DNA from: Basidiobolus meristosporus CBS 931.73
Taxonomy: Eukaryota > Fungi > Basidiobolomycota
Assembly: GCA_002104905.1 (NCBI GenBank)
Contig: MCFE01000502.1
Location: 1 to 64,000, forward strand
Direction of reading: 5' to 3'
Length of the DNA stretch: 64,000 nucleotides
Shown here: positions 39,008-51,991 of the stretch, one piece after another
How the letters are laid out: the number at the start of each line of letters is the position of its first letter
How positions within the stretch are numbered: the first letter of the stretch is position 1
Program-made: the position numbers and the translations under genes
The notes under the pieces: model-generated
What the model was told of the DNA's origin: nothing
The model's database searches: none
Seen by the model: the letters and a program-made list of their open reading frames with translations, nothing else

Positions 39008-40265
39008 ATGAAAAAGCCTCTCTCTATACCCCAAATAATTGGTGCTTATATATTAATATCTTTGGGTAGGGAGACAGACCACTTCCATTGACAATGCCAA
39101 TGTTTTCTAAAGCTTTTTCCTTTCTCAGTCCTCAATGTCGTGTCTCTTCCCCAACTCTCTCAGTCACCCCTCAGCGGTTCGACAACTGCTGGGAATAATC
39201 TACCCAAGCCTTCACCAGTCACATTCATTCCAACCCTCTCGAATAGTAGCTGCCCACAAGGGACACACGATTGTGGCTTCTTCAAATGCGTTTCTGAACC
39301 TGGCTGCCCGTTAGGTTGGTGAGTTTAAATTCGTGTTTAATGGTTGCGAATGATAGAAAACTTATCTTAGATTTCCCATGCTGCTAAAATATGACCGGTC
39401 TCACAGACTGTCACTTCTATGATAAAGAGCAGAACTGTAATGCCATCCGAATGAACGGTGTTGGTTGTATCTGGCAAAAGCGCCGTTGCTTTAGAGGTAT
39501 ATTCCAGTATACTACCACTTATGACGGATCCTCTAATATTTGAATTCCCAATTTCTTTCTCAAGACATCAAATGTACGCTTCTCCCGGATAATAGATGCT
39601 CCCCAGGCTGCTTCAACTGTGGTAGATACAAATGTCTTCCGGATGGCGGACTATGTCCTAAAGGTTAGCACCAGCTATATAGGCGACAAACATGTTTACC
39701 GTGACTGAGCTTTTTCTATAGGATGCGATTCATATTTCACGCAATCCGAATGTCAAAATACTATGGCTTTTAATGGGGTTGGGTGCCAGTGGACAGGAGA
39801 AGCATGCGACTATCGTTAGTTATCCCCTTGTTTCTAATTTTTCGATGGCCAGGTTTTGATGTCCGGAATTTTGTTAAAGGCAATTTGGAGATTCGCATGG
39901 AAAGGCCCAATAGCGATGATGCAGTGTTCATGCTCCCTGGATCCAACTCCACCGTCGTTAGTGAGCCAGCGCCGAACGAGCCTGTAGAGTATACCAAAAT
40001 GAAAACAGCTAGCAAGTGGGGCCCCATCATAGGTATTACAGTTGGGGCCATTGCAGCAGTCGGAATGATCTTCGTATTGGTTCACAAGAGAGTCGAGTCC
40101 AAAAAGGAATTTGAGAGGCAAGTTAGACTGATGCATGGAATCGATGTTCATGACCAGCTACCAAAAGCTGAACACCGGCCACACTCATTTGTAAAGGCAG
40201 TTAGGAATGTGCTGGGATTACACAAGCAAGAGGCTAGTTTATCCACCGTGGCCCTGACAGACTAG
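39008..40265 (+). CDS. Type I membrane protein with two tandem 8-Cys extracellular modules (5 exons)
   Basis: Signal peptide MKKPLSIPQIIGAYILISL|VLNVVS; two Cys-rich repeats each ending NGVGC-x-W-x4-C; TM helix WGPIIGITVGAIAAVGMIFVLV; short cytosolic tail. All introns GT-AG and frame-preserving. Confidence 0.8.
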
Positions 40266-41083
40266 ACAATTATTCCATATATTATCACTCACTATTTCAA
40301 CCCGCCCTATAGTTTTATTGTATCGCCTGGCATCAGATGGGTCGACGATACAATTATTTCATGAATATCCAATTTCGAACATGCTGTTCCGTTTATTATT
40401 TCATTCGTGACCTTTTTTATGACTGCCACATCCTCAAGTTCTCTTTCTACTCAGATAAATCCCTTTACTCCATCTATGGACATGCCCGAATCAATTATCA
40501 GTAATATCGGTGACTCGCCTTCGATTCTCCTTCAGGAATATATCGACCAGAGCCCCCATGCCTAGTTCGGTCGACTTGGCTCATCAGATACATATCGCTG
40601 TGTAATTCCTCAAGTGCTTCGATTATTTCAAACCCTACCATCCCCACCATTGTGCAAAAACCCCTTGAGCACGAGACTGGTACCGATTCCGGGTGAGCAG
40701 GTTTGTCATAATATGATGAATGGAGACATTGGGGAAATCACGGATTTCTGGATCAGCCTAGCCAAGCATATCTCTAGTTCCACTAGGATATAAAGAGTGC
40801 AGTGGGCGTACAAGCTGATTTCTTGACAGAAAGCACTGCGCCTGATCTTGATCTTCCGGCTCAAGTGTCAACCCTTGAATGGCAAATATAAGGCTCATCA
40901 ACTACCTTTAGCCTACACAGTGTATGGGTATTTTATCTCAAGCACATGAACATGGATGTAAACGGGTTTATGCGTCGGCGTAATTGATTGCTGTTTATGC
41001 CTAGTCGAGCTATTGGACATTGCTAATACGTTATGTCTCGGGAGTTAGGAAACTTCGGACACGCATGCAGCCAGTATATAGAA

Positions 41084-41829
41084 CTACAGCCATCCTCGAT
41101 CCACATACTCATACATGATATTTGAGCAGTGGAAAGCTGCTTTGAACTCAGGTGACTGAGCAAAGGACTTCCAGCAAAAGTATCCAAGTTTATTTACAAA
41201 GGAGCTTAATCACTCGGTGATAGTTACATCAGCGTTCCAGCTCTTCGGCTTACTGGCCTAGGTGGTGGGGTGTTTTTGGATGAGTGTTGATCCCCATTTG
41301 GGCGTTTTCTTGTTCCTCAAGCAGAATCCCTTGCAGCTTTTGCGTTAGAATTGAGGCTAGATCTTGTGGATTGAGGTTTGATTGAATTGGCTTGCAAGTA
41401 GGGATTTGATTATGTGGATGCATATCGGACCTAAACTCGGCTGGTGCTTCGATGGAAATGGTAGTATTCATAACTGATTGCTTGCACGTCTCCTCGCGTA
41501 ATGGAGGGGTCTCCGAACCCATATTTTCGTACTGATCCCAGTAGCTATCATAATCGGCGGGGTCTTCGGCTCTCCTGAAGCTCGATGGATTGTATACTGG
41601 GGCATTTCCGTACCTTCCCCAATACTCAACCTCACTATCATCGGTGCAATCATCGGTAAAGGAGCTTCCCAAGGAAGTAGTCTCGTTCGCCTGTGATCGA
41701 TAGAAGTGGCTGTTAGATGACGTCCTTCAGGTATGATATGCCTGTAAGTACCTCTAGATCTTTGGTATCGTCCAGGCTGCATGCTCTCCAAGCACGGTTT
41801 TCGATGAAGTACTGGGTTGGGTGAGCCAT
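41084..41829 (-). CDS. Hypothetical acidic protein (about 3 exons)
   Basis: ATG at 41829 and a GT-AG intron lead into ORF 41250..41672 (DDSEVEYWGRY...DYDSYWDQY); a GTAAGC donor at about 41252 leads to a last exon ending at 41084. Confidence 0.6.
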
Positions 41830-44045
41830 GTAGTAAGTTCGTTAATGGAACCGAGGATAAAGAGTATGTACACAATTTGCGGTATTTGATTTGGGTAGTA
41901 GTGTGGAGGGAATTGGCCAAAGAATTCAATTTATAGGCATCTCAAATTCTTTCGAAGCGCTAAGTACGACTGGCCGGAAAAATATTTGGCACTTGGCCAA
42001 TAGTGTATGCTGATTCTGATCATCTTCCTCACACCAAACCAGTTTCGCATCCTTGGTGTGAACGCTTCTCCCCAGGATATTGCACAGGCCCATGCATCTA
42101 GAGAATGTAACGTGCCTATGCGCTATGGAAGCTGAGAAGACTTGTAGGAAAAATCCTCACCCGAGTCCCTTCCATAGCACTTGCATTACACAAGTCGAAG
42201 CGAATTGTTTTCGTATTGATTTTTCATTATCCTCGACTGACATAATATCTACGCACCAGGAGTAGGGTGTACTGTCACAGCATTACACAAATGAATTTTG
42301 GGTTCGGCCTTCATTCCCGAGTGTGTGAATATTCGGCCATAGTAAGGTCATGCGACAAATCTTTGGGTGACTTTTTTTTCTTCCAAATCACCAACCTTAT
42401 ACATGATCCCAAAATCAAAATCTATTGGTTGCACTGGTTCACTACCATGACCATTAAGTAGAGTTGTCATCCGGTACCTAATTCAGTCTGGTACCAATAG
42501 AGTATGGAGCATCTGAGTGCAACAGTCGTATTCCATCTTTTCGATTGAAGAAACCAGGTACAACCTCAGCCGACAAATCAGTCATATATATTCTGGCCAC
42601 CTCTACGGTGTGCGTCCTCATTGTTTGGAATCAAGGTGGCGGGTTTTCATGAAGAACCACCATGGTGAGCGCTTACCATCATCTTGCTGCTTGTGGTGAA
42701 CAGATCATGGCGCCATACGATTTGGTTGCGTATTACCAGAGCCGAAAAGCAAAGCACGTTATGTCACTAATGCATTTCTTACGTGTTCCCGTCATGATAC
42801 AATGATACATTTGACTAGGCTGATTATCTTTCTGTGCAAATGTCTGGATCTCATCTAGAGCTTCGTGATTTCCTGGCGGACGTAGATGGAACGCATTTCG
42901 TCTTGAGGAGTCCAAGCCAAACTGCCGAGTTGGGGGAATATCAGACGTCACCAGGTAGGCGGATAATAATTTTCGCCTTTCTGCCATGTCAATTCTGCTA
43001 AGGGCACATTGCAGGACGAATTGTCAGCTCGAAATCTCCATATTCTCTCCCTAGGTCACGAATGATGTAACCACTAGGAGATCATTCGTAACAAATATCG
43101 AAGAAATTCCCCACGAAAATACGTAGGCACTCTGTTTGTCTAGTGAGCTGCTGGAAATCAGGTGATCAGGCCGCAAATGATTCTCTAGTAATAAGCTTAT
43201 TTCAGTTGACGAGCAATTTCTCTGGCCTGCAAGCAAATGAAATAACGAGAAGACTGAGTATATCCATTGAGATCCAACGTCGGGCTCGTCTGTCATCCAA
43301 AAGCTGATCAAATCAAAGTTTTCTCACGCGTATTCACATATCGGCCGTTTCAGCTACAAGCCGTTAGCCAATTGTTCACAGCCTACGTCCGTTTGTCACG
43401 AAACCTGACGTTGGTAGGTGGGGAGCGGAGTGAATCAACAAAGTGCTGAGAGGATTCATGATGTGGATTGTCATATTCGTTATCACATGCCAGCTGTAAA
43501 ATTCTGCAACCATCATCTGACCATTCCTCAAGAGCATACTGCCATCTTACCAGGCTTCTATCCAGTAGTCCCAAATATGGCAAGGGCCAGTTAAACATTG
43601 CGTATGAAAATTATGGGATTCTCATTTTCCGCCCGACATCAAACCAGATGATAGGGTTGATTGGTATAGGTTTATTATATATTCCTTCTGAATCGGATTG
43701 TGACTGGCTTTCTTTCCATTGCTCGATTACTGGCTCTACATAACCCCTGAATAGATGAGGTTTTTCTACGACGGTTATTTAAAAGCCAAGCATCAACATG
43801 TGGTTTCATTTTTACCACTAACCTCTGGTCTATACAAGCATCCTTTTCTTTCTATATCCCTCGCCCATACCATAGCTCTCTTCGTGGACCATTGTAAACC
43901 CTGCCATCCAGCAGCTACTGATCCTGTCATCCCCATCCGTACCCCCGTCTTGGGCAGCACAACTGTCGAGACAAGAGTCAACATATAGAAGTGTCCGCTC
44001 AGTGGTGCTCTACCCCTGCAACACACTAATCAAAACCCATACTGT

Positions 44046-45068
44046 ATGTACACACGTCACTTATCTAGTCATGCCCACGGCTGTTGTTCCCTACGCAGTA
44101 CAGCCACTATCTGGGTGGAGACCGAAGGTGAGCGTTTGTACGTAACAAGGGCCACAAACGAGGCGCTAAAGCTATTCGGCTACGTTGACGAGTCGGAGAT
44201 CATCAGCTCTGAAATCGAGGAAGTGTTTGAGATTGTCGAGTACTTGGATGAATCCAATGATTACCTTCTCTTGAAGACCACAAAGAATTCCAGAGGGCCC
44301 ATTTGGGTAAATGCTTGCGCTCATAGTAGCAAGAGCCAGCAACAATGGAATCTACGCGACGTGACCCACCAAAAGCTTCTCACCTCATTGGATCTTCCAC
44401 GTTCCGTAAGCAGTCCCCAGATTCGTGATGTGTACGTACTAAGTATCACTCATTTTGGTATCATAGAGCATGTATTCCCTTCCCCGTTTATGGGGCTGAA
44501 GGTGGGTAACTTGGTTGACAGACCTTTGATGAAGTTTGTTCATCCAGAGGACTTGAAGACCCTATGCAGCAGCCTAAGCGCAATGTCCAAATCGATGTAT
44601 TCGGATTTTACTCTACGATGGCAGCTGGGGACTGACGACGTGAACGAGACGAAGTATCAAGTGGTGCAAGTCCATGCAATGATTTCGGAAAACAACCCAG
44701 TCTGCGTGATTCGACCCCTTGCACCCATATCGTCGGACCATGCGCTATGTCTCCGAAAGGAGTGTCATTTGGATGAGGACAATGGTCTGACCTGGAATCC
44801 TATGTGGCCCCTTACCGGGCAATGGGACGTTGTCAACAAGATCTATCTCGACTTTCTTGACTATTTCCATGACTATTGGAGCTACTGGCATAGATATGTC
44901 GTCGAGCATCTCGGCGACAACCCAAATGCGAAGAACTTGGGCAACTTGATCGGCTCGCTGTACCATGATATTGAGCAATCTCCGGCAGAAGTGTGGTCGA
45001 GCTGTAAGAGTAATGTTGCCAATTTCCTTGTAGGTCTGGTAACAACGTGGATAACCCCACATAATTGA
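44046..45068 (+). CDS. Tandem PAS-domain protein with no recognisable output domain (intronless, 340 aa)
   Basis: PAS-like segments ATNEALKLFGY...EII...I...WNLRDVT and FMG...LVDRPLMKFVHPEDL; Trp/Tyr-rich C-terminal helical region. Confidence 0.75.
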   Translation: MYTRHLSSHAHGCCSLRSTATIWVETEGERLYVTRATNEALKLFGYVDESEIISSEIEEVFEIVEYLDESNDYLLLKTTKNSRGPIWVNACAHSSKSQQQWNLRDVTHQKLLTSLDLPRSVSSPQIRDVYVLSITHFGIIEHVFPSPFMGLKVGNLVDRPLMKFVHPEDLKTLCSSLSAMSKSMYSDFTLRWQLGTDDVNETKYQVVQVHAMISENNPVCVIRPLAPISSDHALCLRKECHLDEDNGLTWNPMWPLTGQWDVVNKIYLDFLDYFHDYWSYWHRYVVEHLGDNPNAKNLGNLIGSLYHDIEQSPAEVWSSCKSNVANFLVGLVTTWITPHN

Positions 45069-45849
45069 TACAGCGCCCCGCGGGATCTTTTTGTAAGCAG
45101 TGACTGCAAGCCCTCTTTTTGCAGTATTTCTTTTGGACTGTACATAGACTGTTATATTTGTATTATTTTGTCCATTACCATAGTTCCAGTAGGAACACCA
45201 AGACCCATTGATCACATACCGAAATCTCCAAAGTAAATTGCTTATTTATATAAGAATCAATGTAAAGACAGATCGTGGATTACTATGCCTTCCAAAAAGC
45301 CCTATTGCATATCGGGACATTCGAGCATCTCCTTATCAGGTATGGCTAGGCCAGTGTTGGTTTTTGACAAGGAGATGGCCAGAGCAATATTGAGCTGGCT
45401 AGTGTTTATAGCTGAGGGCTTTATGTTCATGATCTCGATGAGCATGTGTTCAATATGTGCCTAGAAGGAACATGTACACTTTGCTACCAAGGAATGCACA
45501 TGCCAGATCTAGGGGCCTCATAACTGCTATGCTTCACAAATGTAGGCTTTTCGGTTCCCGCATATATCAGATCCTGAGTGTAACACTACCTTGCAAACTC
45601 CATCAAGATGAGATTCCAATGCCACATTCTTTGATCTGGCATAATGGTTTTTCTGTGGAGTAATCTTTATCAAAGCCACCTCGGAGATTAAAATAGGACT
45701 CTTTTCGGCTTCTCATCCCCTACAAGATGATATAAAAGAAACAAGCATGGGTCCAGCTATATTGTATCATTTAGATTCGAAAGCATACGCTCGAAATAAC
45801 TTATAATTCTACATACATATTCACACTTGAACTCTCATCCAGCTTCAAA

Positions 45850-46863
45850 ATGCACTTCAACATCAAGGTGAGTCGAGCCCTTTGAAACTTTGGGCTTCCT
45901 GTATCTTGCTGACCTTTGGCATTTATGGGCTCCAATTTCCAGATGATTGCTTTATTAGCTTTGGTTTCTATCAATTCCTTGTCCGAAGCCGCCTGTCGTG
46001 AAGCAGTTGATCATTTTGATGGCAGAAGCACGATTCGATTTGAGACGGAGGGTGATGTCCGTCGTCAAAACGGTTATTTAGTGCTTCGAGTGGTGAAGGG
46101 AGACAGGCATCCAGCTGGGGGATTTATTGGTGATGGTGCGAGTGCTACGATGACTCAGCCCATTCAGTACGGAAGAATCACCGCTAGATTAAGGACTGCG
46201 GGAACTCGAGGGATCGTTAGTGCTATGTTTGTACGTAACAGAGACCAGCTTTATCGGCTAGATTGTTAACCACCATCGATCTTTACATTATAGACCATGG
46301 CAAATGACAAGGATGAAGTGGACCTGGAGTGGCTTGGGGGTAGTCCTAAGAAACTACTAAGCAACTTCTTCTATAAGGGAGACTTGATCTACACCAACAG
46401 CAGAGAGCATAACATCAATGTTGACAGCTCCAAGCAGTTTGTGAATTACACACTGGACTGGAAGCCAGACCAAATAAGGTGATTCTCAAGCCTGCAATTA
46501 TCCATGAGATATTCACTTACCGAGCCTTCAATCATCCCGATAGCTGGCTGATCAACGGCCGTGTTGTGCGTACACTGCGAAAAGATCAGACATATGACCG
46601 TAGGATTAGAGCATATAGATACCCCAGTAGTCCTGCCAAAATCGAGTTCTCGTAAGTGCATATCTCCCTCATACTCAATCAATACAGGTTGCACTCATCT
46701 AGTCATGTTATCCAGTGTTTGGGATGGCGGCGATAGTGATGAAGATGGTACAAGTGAATGGGCTGGTGGAAGGGTTAACTGGGAAGATCGGCGCATTAAT
46801 GATGACGGAAGGCTTGATATGAAGATCGACTTCTTGGAGATTGGGTGTTACCCAGGGCTATAA
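45850..46863 (+). CDS. Secreted GH16 glycoside hydrolase/transglycosylase (Crh-like), multi-exon
   Basis: Signal peptide; QYGRITARLRTA...GIVSAMF; catalytic DEVDLEWLG (ExDxE); NYTLDWKPDQI; SVWDGG...TSEWAGG. Confidence 0.9.
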
Positions 46864-47350
46864 GAGCAGTTTGGCTCAGCAGCGCTTTCAGACAACCCTT
46901 CACAAATTTGTTTCCAACGTCACCTGCTATCCCTCTTCTACTTAGCACCGTGGTCACATTTATGCTTTCTATTATTTATTCTGAATATCATATTATGTAT
47001 AACCTAAACATGGATCACATCTTCAATCTTGTAAAGAATAGCTGAGATATACCCCTTGATTCCAGACCTGCGCTGCATCAATGTCCCAGATGTGGCCGCG
47101 TGTTGGATAGTACTGATTACTAAATTATACAGCATGAAGGAGCTCTTGTGGGTGTATTCTAGTTACGAAAAGAATCATTTAATTAATTGACGCGAAGGAA
47201 TTACCATTATTATTACGACTATTAAAGCATGTATTAGAACTCATATGAAAACAGGGCACTATATCCCCTAAAGAACATCGTAGTCTATGTTACAAGTTGA
47301 TGAGATGTAGCCGTATGAGGTGGCCTTGGATGGCTGTGGCTGCATCTGTT

Positions 47351-50300
47351 TCAAAACTTCTGTGAGGCTTCACTTGAACAAGGGGTCTCCGCTCGATTTA
47401 TGTTGTAATCCGAGCTAATGGTTGCATTGCCGGATCTATCCAATTGGTCTTGTAAAATCGAACTTGTCTTTTCGTTGAGGTGACAGCAAATGGATACTAA
47501 TTTTTGAAGAAGTTCTGGAGAGCTGTAGACCCTGCCTTCCTCAATCAAGGGCTCGAGATCCTCGCGATGCCGAGCAACGAAATTACTGAAGTTTGAAAGC
47601 TCCTTATCAATGTCTACAAGGTAAGGGGTTCGAGGAGGCATAAAGAAAGTTTCGGGGCTTTGATATGGAGGCAAAACTCTCAACGGTGGGGTCATGGAGA
47701 CTGGGTTTGTCTATTGGATATGTTAGTAACTTGTGTTATGGAAATCGGGGCTATTTGGAACCTACTGCAATATAATCAATAAACTCCATAAGGCTTGTGG
47801 CGTTTTGCTAGAAATGACACTTGTGAGGGATCCGTTTACAAAGCAAAGAAATCATATGACGTACTCTAATGAATTCATTCATGTGAATCATATATGGTTC
47901 TTTGGAGCCAAAGTCTGCCAGGTTAGCAAGACACTGCAAAGATTTGGCCAACAAGGTCAACGTTCTTCTAGTCCTGTTCTCCGGGTGCTCTATTATTAAT
48001 GAACTGTGTGATGAGTGGGGATCCTACAAACTCGTTGCATCTTACTCTTACCTTTCACCAACCCAAATAGTTTGGGGGACAAAACAGCTGGGCAAAATAG
48101 CCGCAGAAACAGGAATCCACTACAGCAAGGTTTGTTAGACTTGAGTACTGATGAGAGGTAGCGAGACATACCTAATGCATGTGTAGCGCACCAAGGATTT
48201 ATCAAGATCACTCGTAAATTTATCTGAAATGATTTTCCTCAGGTTGGCGAAGAAAACCCGCAGCTCACTAAAGGTAGACATTGTCATCATCGTCATCAGT
48301 AACGGAAGGTGAACGTATTGATCCAAGCATTCTTAGATATACTAACGATGGGCATTTGGCTCTTGATTTCTCTATGGCACGCCACAGCATCTTCGTGTAA
48401 GTCAGGAGAATTCTCCATTGACTGCGAATATCCTGGCCTTTCTCAAGTTTTGTCATATCGACCTATATATGAAATAGCGTTACCTTGATGAACATATGCG
48501 AAGCCTTTGCTTGAAACGCTTACCTCACATACTATTTTGTGCTCGCAGATAGAGCGAACAATATCTCCTATTGCTTCATCAACATACTGAATGCCTATCA
48601 TTTTCATGTAGCTATCAATCGCTTTGGTTAAAATCGAATTTCCGCGGAAGAGGATATTGGAATCGTCTAGAAAACGCTTGAGTGTTTGTACCACTTCAAA
48701 TACTTCATAGATGGCATTACCGGTCGAGTTCACCTCGTGATACGCGAGGTAGGTCAGCCACTCAATGGCATAGTTCCGTCCTTCATATATGCGCGTCATG
48801 TTCTCAGAAAACCATTCCAGGTTTTTTGAAATCCCAACCAGGTCGAAGATTATTTTGGATTCAACATCCAGGATCATCTATGGTACTGTGAGCATCCCTG
48901 ATCTGTTTTCCATTAGTCAATGTCGCAACTACCTCAATCAACTCCTCGTAACTTGCTGAGGGAAGTACCACCACTTCGTCGTAGCGAAGCCTCAAGCGAA
49001 TATCCCCGACATGCTCAGCTGCATGAGAATTTTTTGCCTCATGCATGAGAGGGTACCATTCTTCATAGTACTCTCCTCTCTTAATGTTGTTTAGCGAAAT
49101 GCTTACTTTACCTAGAGAATGCTTTAATATTCTGCCTGGGAACAGAATACTGAAGGGGCCTACCGATCTGGGCGTCTTTATGTAGCTTATTATGATTCAT
49201 GAGAGTGATACCAACTCCTCTGCTTAATACTGCCATGTCACTGGTTGTCAAACAGATTAGGGTCGATTTCTGATGCTTGGATACCCAAAATACCAACCTA
49301 AAATAGAAATCCTCTCTCCAGAAGGGAGCATTGGTGCGACTCTTGGTACTGGTTTTAGCGCGTCTCTCGCCATCAAGCTCAATAAAGCAGTATGGATCAC
49401 ACTGGCCGATGTTTCTAGCGTCGATGACACGGAGCCAGAAGGTCCTATCCAGCCGGTAGCAAAAATGAGTGGCATTCGAGTATCCAAGGACCTCTGGCTG
49501 TGCGAAGGTTTTTAGGACCCCCACCCATTCGTTCCGTTCCAAAAGACTCTCTGCCATGAAGTAGTATACCCGGTGCTTTGTCCGGAGAAAGAAACAGTTC
49601 TTTTTTTTTAGCGCAGATTCGTCGATCATCTGGATTTGGCTTCGATGGATTTCCCGAAGTTTGATGTTTTCGATGACTGTTTTGTCCTGCAACTCCAATT
49701 AGACAGGGACAGGGATACTAGCTTGACTCTCTAAAGTTACCTGTTCATTGAACTGATACAACATCCCGTTAGACCTGACAACAAGCACAATTTTGCGCCA
49801 GTTTGCTGGCAACGACAGCGGATCTTTTCCAGAACTGGAGGATTTCCATCCCTTCACCTCTGCGAGAATTAGTAAGCATAGCCTATCAGCATAAAATATT
49901 CAATACATACCGCGAATCATCAGATCGCCAGTCTTCACTGCCTCAGAGCCCATCTAGAGAAAGTCAGGCAAGTTAGGCATGGAGTTCTTTGGTGGGAGGA
50001 TCTGGAATTCAACTTACTTCAGAGCCATTCTTCTGTGAGTTGGATGATCCGAAAGATGTTGAACGGTAAAGACTAGGCCGCCTCAAGGGAATTGCCTATC
50101 ATGGTGTTATTAGGACCTGCGAACATTGAGCAAGTATGTGTCGTGTCACTACCATCCCCAGGTCCGAGCTGGAGTCCCTAATAACCGAGTCTGTTTTCTG
50201 CTGTGTCCGGAGTGCATATATCCACTCCATCATATCAGCCTCAGTCTCTGCCTGGAAGTAATTTGTTCTGTTGCAGTCTTAGAAATAACAGTCGGGGAGG

Positions 50301-51991
50301 ATTATGGTATAACCGCGAATTCTCTTACAACACAGGAGGAGTACTGATCTCGAAAACGAACGCCCGTCCTTCGCACTCTGCCTCTCTAACAGAGGAGGAG
50401 CGCAGGTCAATGACTAATGGATGTTCCTGATGGCAAATCGTCAATACAGGTATCTTGGTAACAGCAACGGTCGGATATACCTCTGTCACTTGGATGAATA
50501 ACCCTTCAGGAAGTTGTATATGATAGTAGCATCTGCAATGGTTCAGGAATTAGTAGTGTACAACATCCGAAGGGCCTGGTTATTTGTACCGCGCCCATCC
50601 ACCAGGGAAGTTCGATTTCTTCTGCAGCAAATAGCCTGCCTTTTTTTGATATCCAATGAGATCTGAATCAAACGATGAATCGGATGTATGTGATATAGAG
50701 AGGCGCTCTTCGGATTCAACCATACCGAGAGATTGTCGAAACCTTAGCAGCTCAGCCTATTCAATCCGGTTAGACACGATTATGAAGTCTATGCGCAACA
50801 TAACATGGACCTCTATGCAGTCAGGCATGCTTTTTGTATCTAACTTAAGGCTATTCAGATCTGTCACACAGGAATTCTTGCAATGGTAATTGAATTAGCC
50901 TTCATTGCTGCTCACTGGCGCGGAGATCTCACTTACATCTTCAATGTAATCGATTGCATTCTGGACCACTGGTACTGAAGTTTCAATATTTTTTTGCGTT
51001 TGATTGGCCCATTTTGACAAGTTCGATAGCAGGCTGCTTATCTTTGGCTGGCTGTTAATAACTTGAGAGCAGCGGCTTCTTGTAAAATGTCCATACCTTC
51101 TGCATCACAAAAGCTTCACGGATTGCTGGAATTTCATTGAGCAGATGTGCGTAATGTGCTGACGAAATGCATAATTTCTCTTTGGCAGAATACAATGTTT
51201 TGGCAGTCTAGGGGTGTAGTTCGATCTGATTACCAACCATGCTCACACAGCCAAACTAACGTTCACCAACCTCATCACGCCGTAGACATTTCGAGTCTGG
51301 AGTACTAGAATACACATTTAAGGATGTCTCATATTCCCGAGTGGCGCTTACAAATCCAACTTTGGCATCCTATGAATTGAGCATTGTTAGAAGGATTACC
51401 GCAAGTCTGGTGGAGCCTGATCTGTACCATTAGCATGCTCTGGAGCGAGGTCTGAAATTGCTGAAGTGGTTCTTCGAGTATTCTGTTAGTGTTGGTAATG
51501 AAAATTGCACATTCTGTTTGCTGCGTTACCTATAACCTCCGACTCCATGACGGTGAGAAATTGCTCATCCATAAGGACAAAAGACTGGTTGAGCTTTAAG
51601 ATGGTCTCGGCTGCAGGATTAAGAGCAAAATTGTTATTTGATTGCGGCCTCAAAGATGAATGAAGAGTATCCAACCGAAGATCTCAGATCCTACGTCCAT
51701 CGCAGTGCCTGAAGGTATCTTGGAGGCCTCAGCCATCAATTCACTTGTGGAACTACTAAATGCTAATTTTGATCGAATAAGGACAGCTTTAACTCACAAA
51801 ACTGGGAATGATGGCTGCGTGACTGCATTTCCCATACCATTTATGGAGTTGACAAACTCTCTAGCTTTTTCCGACCAAACGGAGATGATGGTCTCGAAGC
51901 TCTGAATATATAGATGTACCTCTTCGAGATGTGCTCGATATTGCGGCGAATCCCGAAAGATATCCTTTAAATCGAGTGGACTTGGTATCAT
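47351..51991 (-). CDS. Ras GTPase-activating protein with BAR-PH-PH-C2-RasGAP architecture, multi-exon
   Basis: N-terminal DIFRDSPQYRAHLEE and a helical BAR-like region; PH1 KAGYLLQKK...WAR...FVFEI; PH2 KTGDLMIR...NWRK...YYFMAESLLERNEWV; C2 DPYCFIELDG...PFWREDFYF; RasGAP ILFRGNS (Arg finger) and FLFLRLFCPAVLSP. Confidence 0.9.

Noticed and set aside
44745-45215. Long antisense ORFs over real genes (also 1797..2171, 14367..14678, 29368..29703, 36587..36886 and others)
   Set aside because: Shadow ORFs caused by codon bias of the coding strand.
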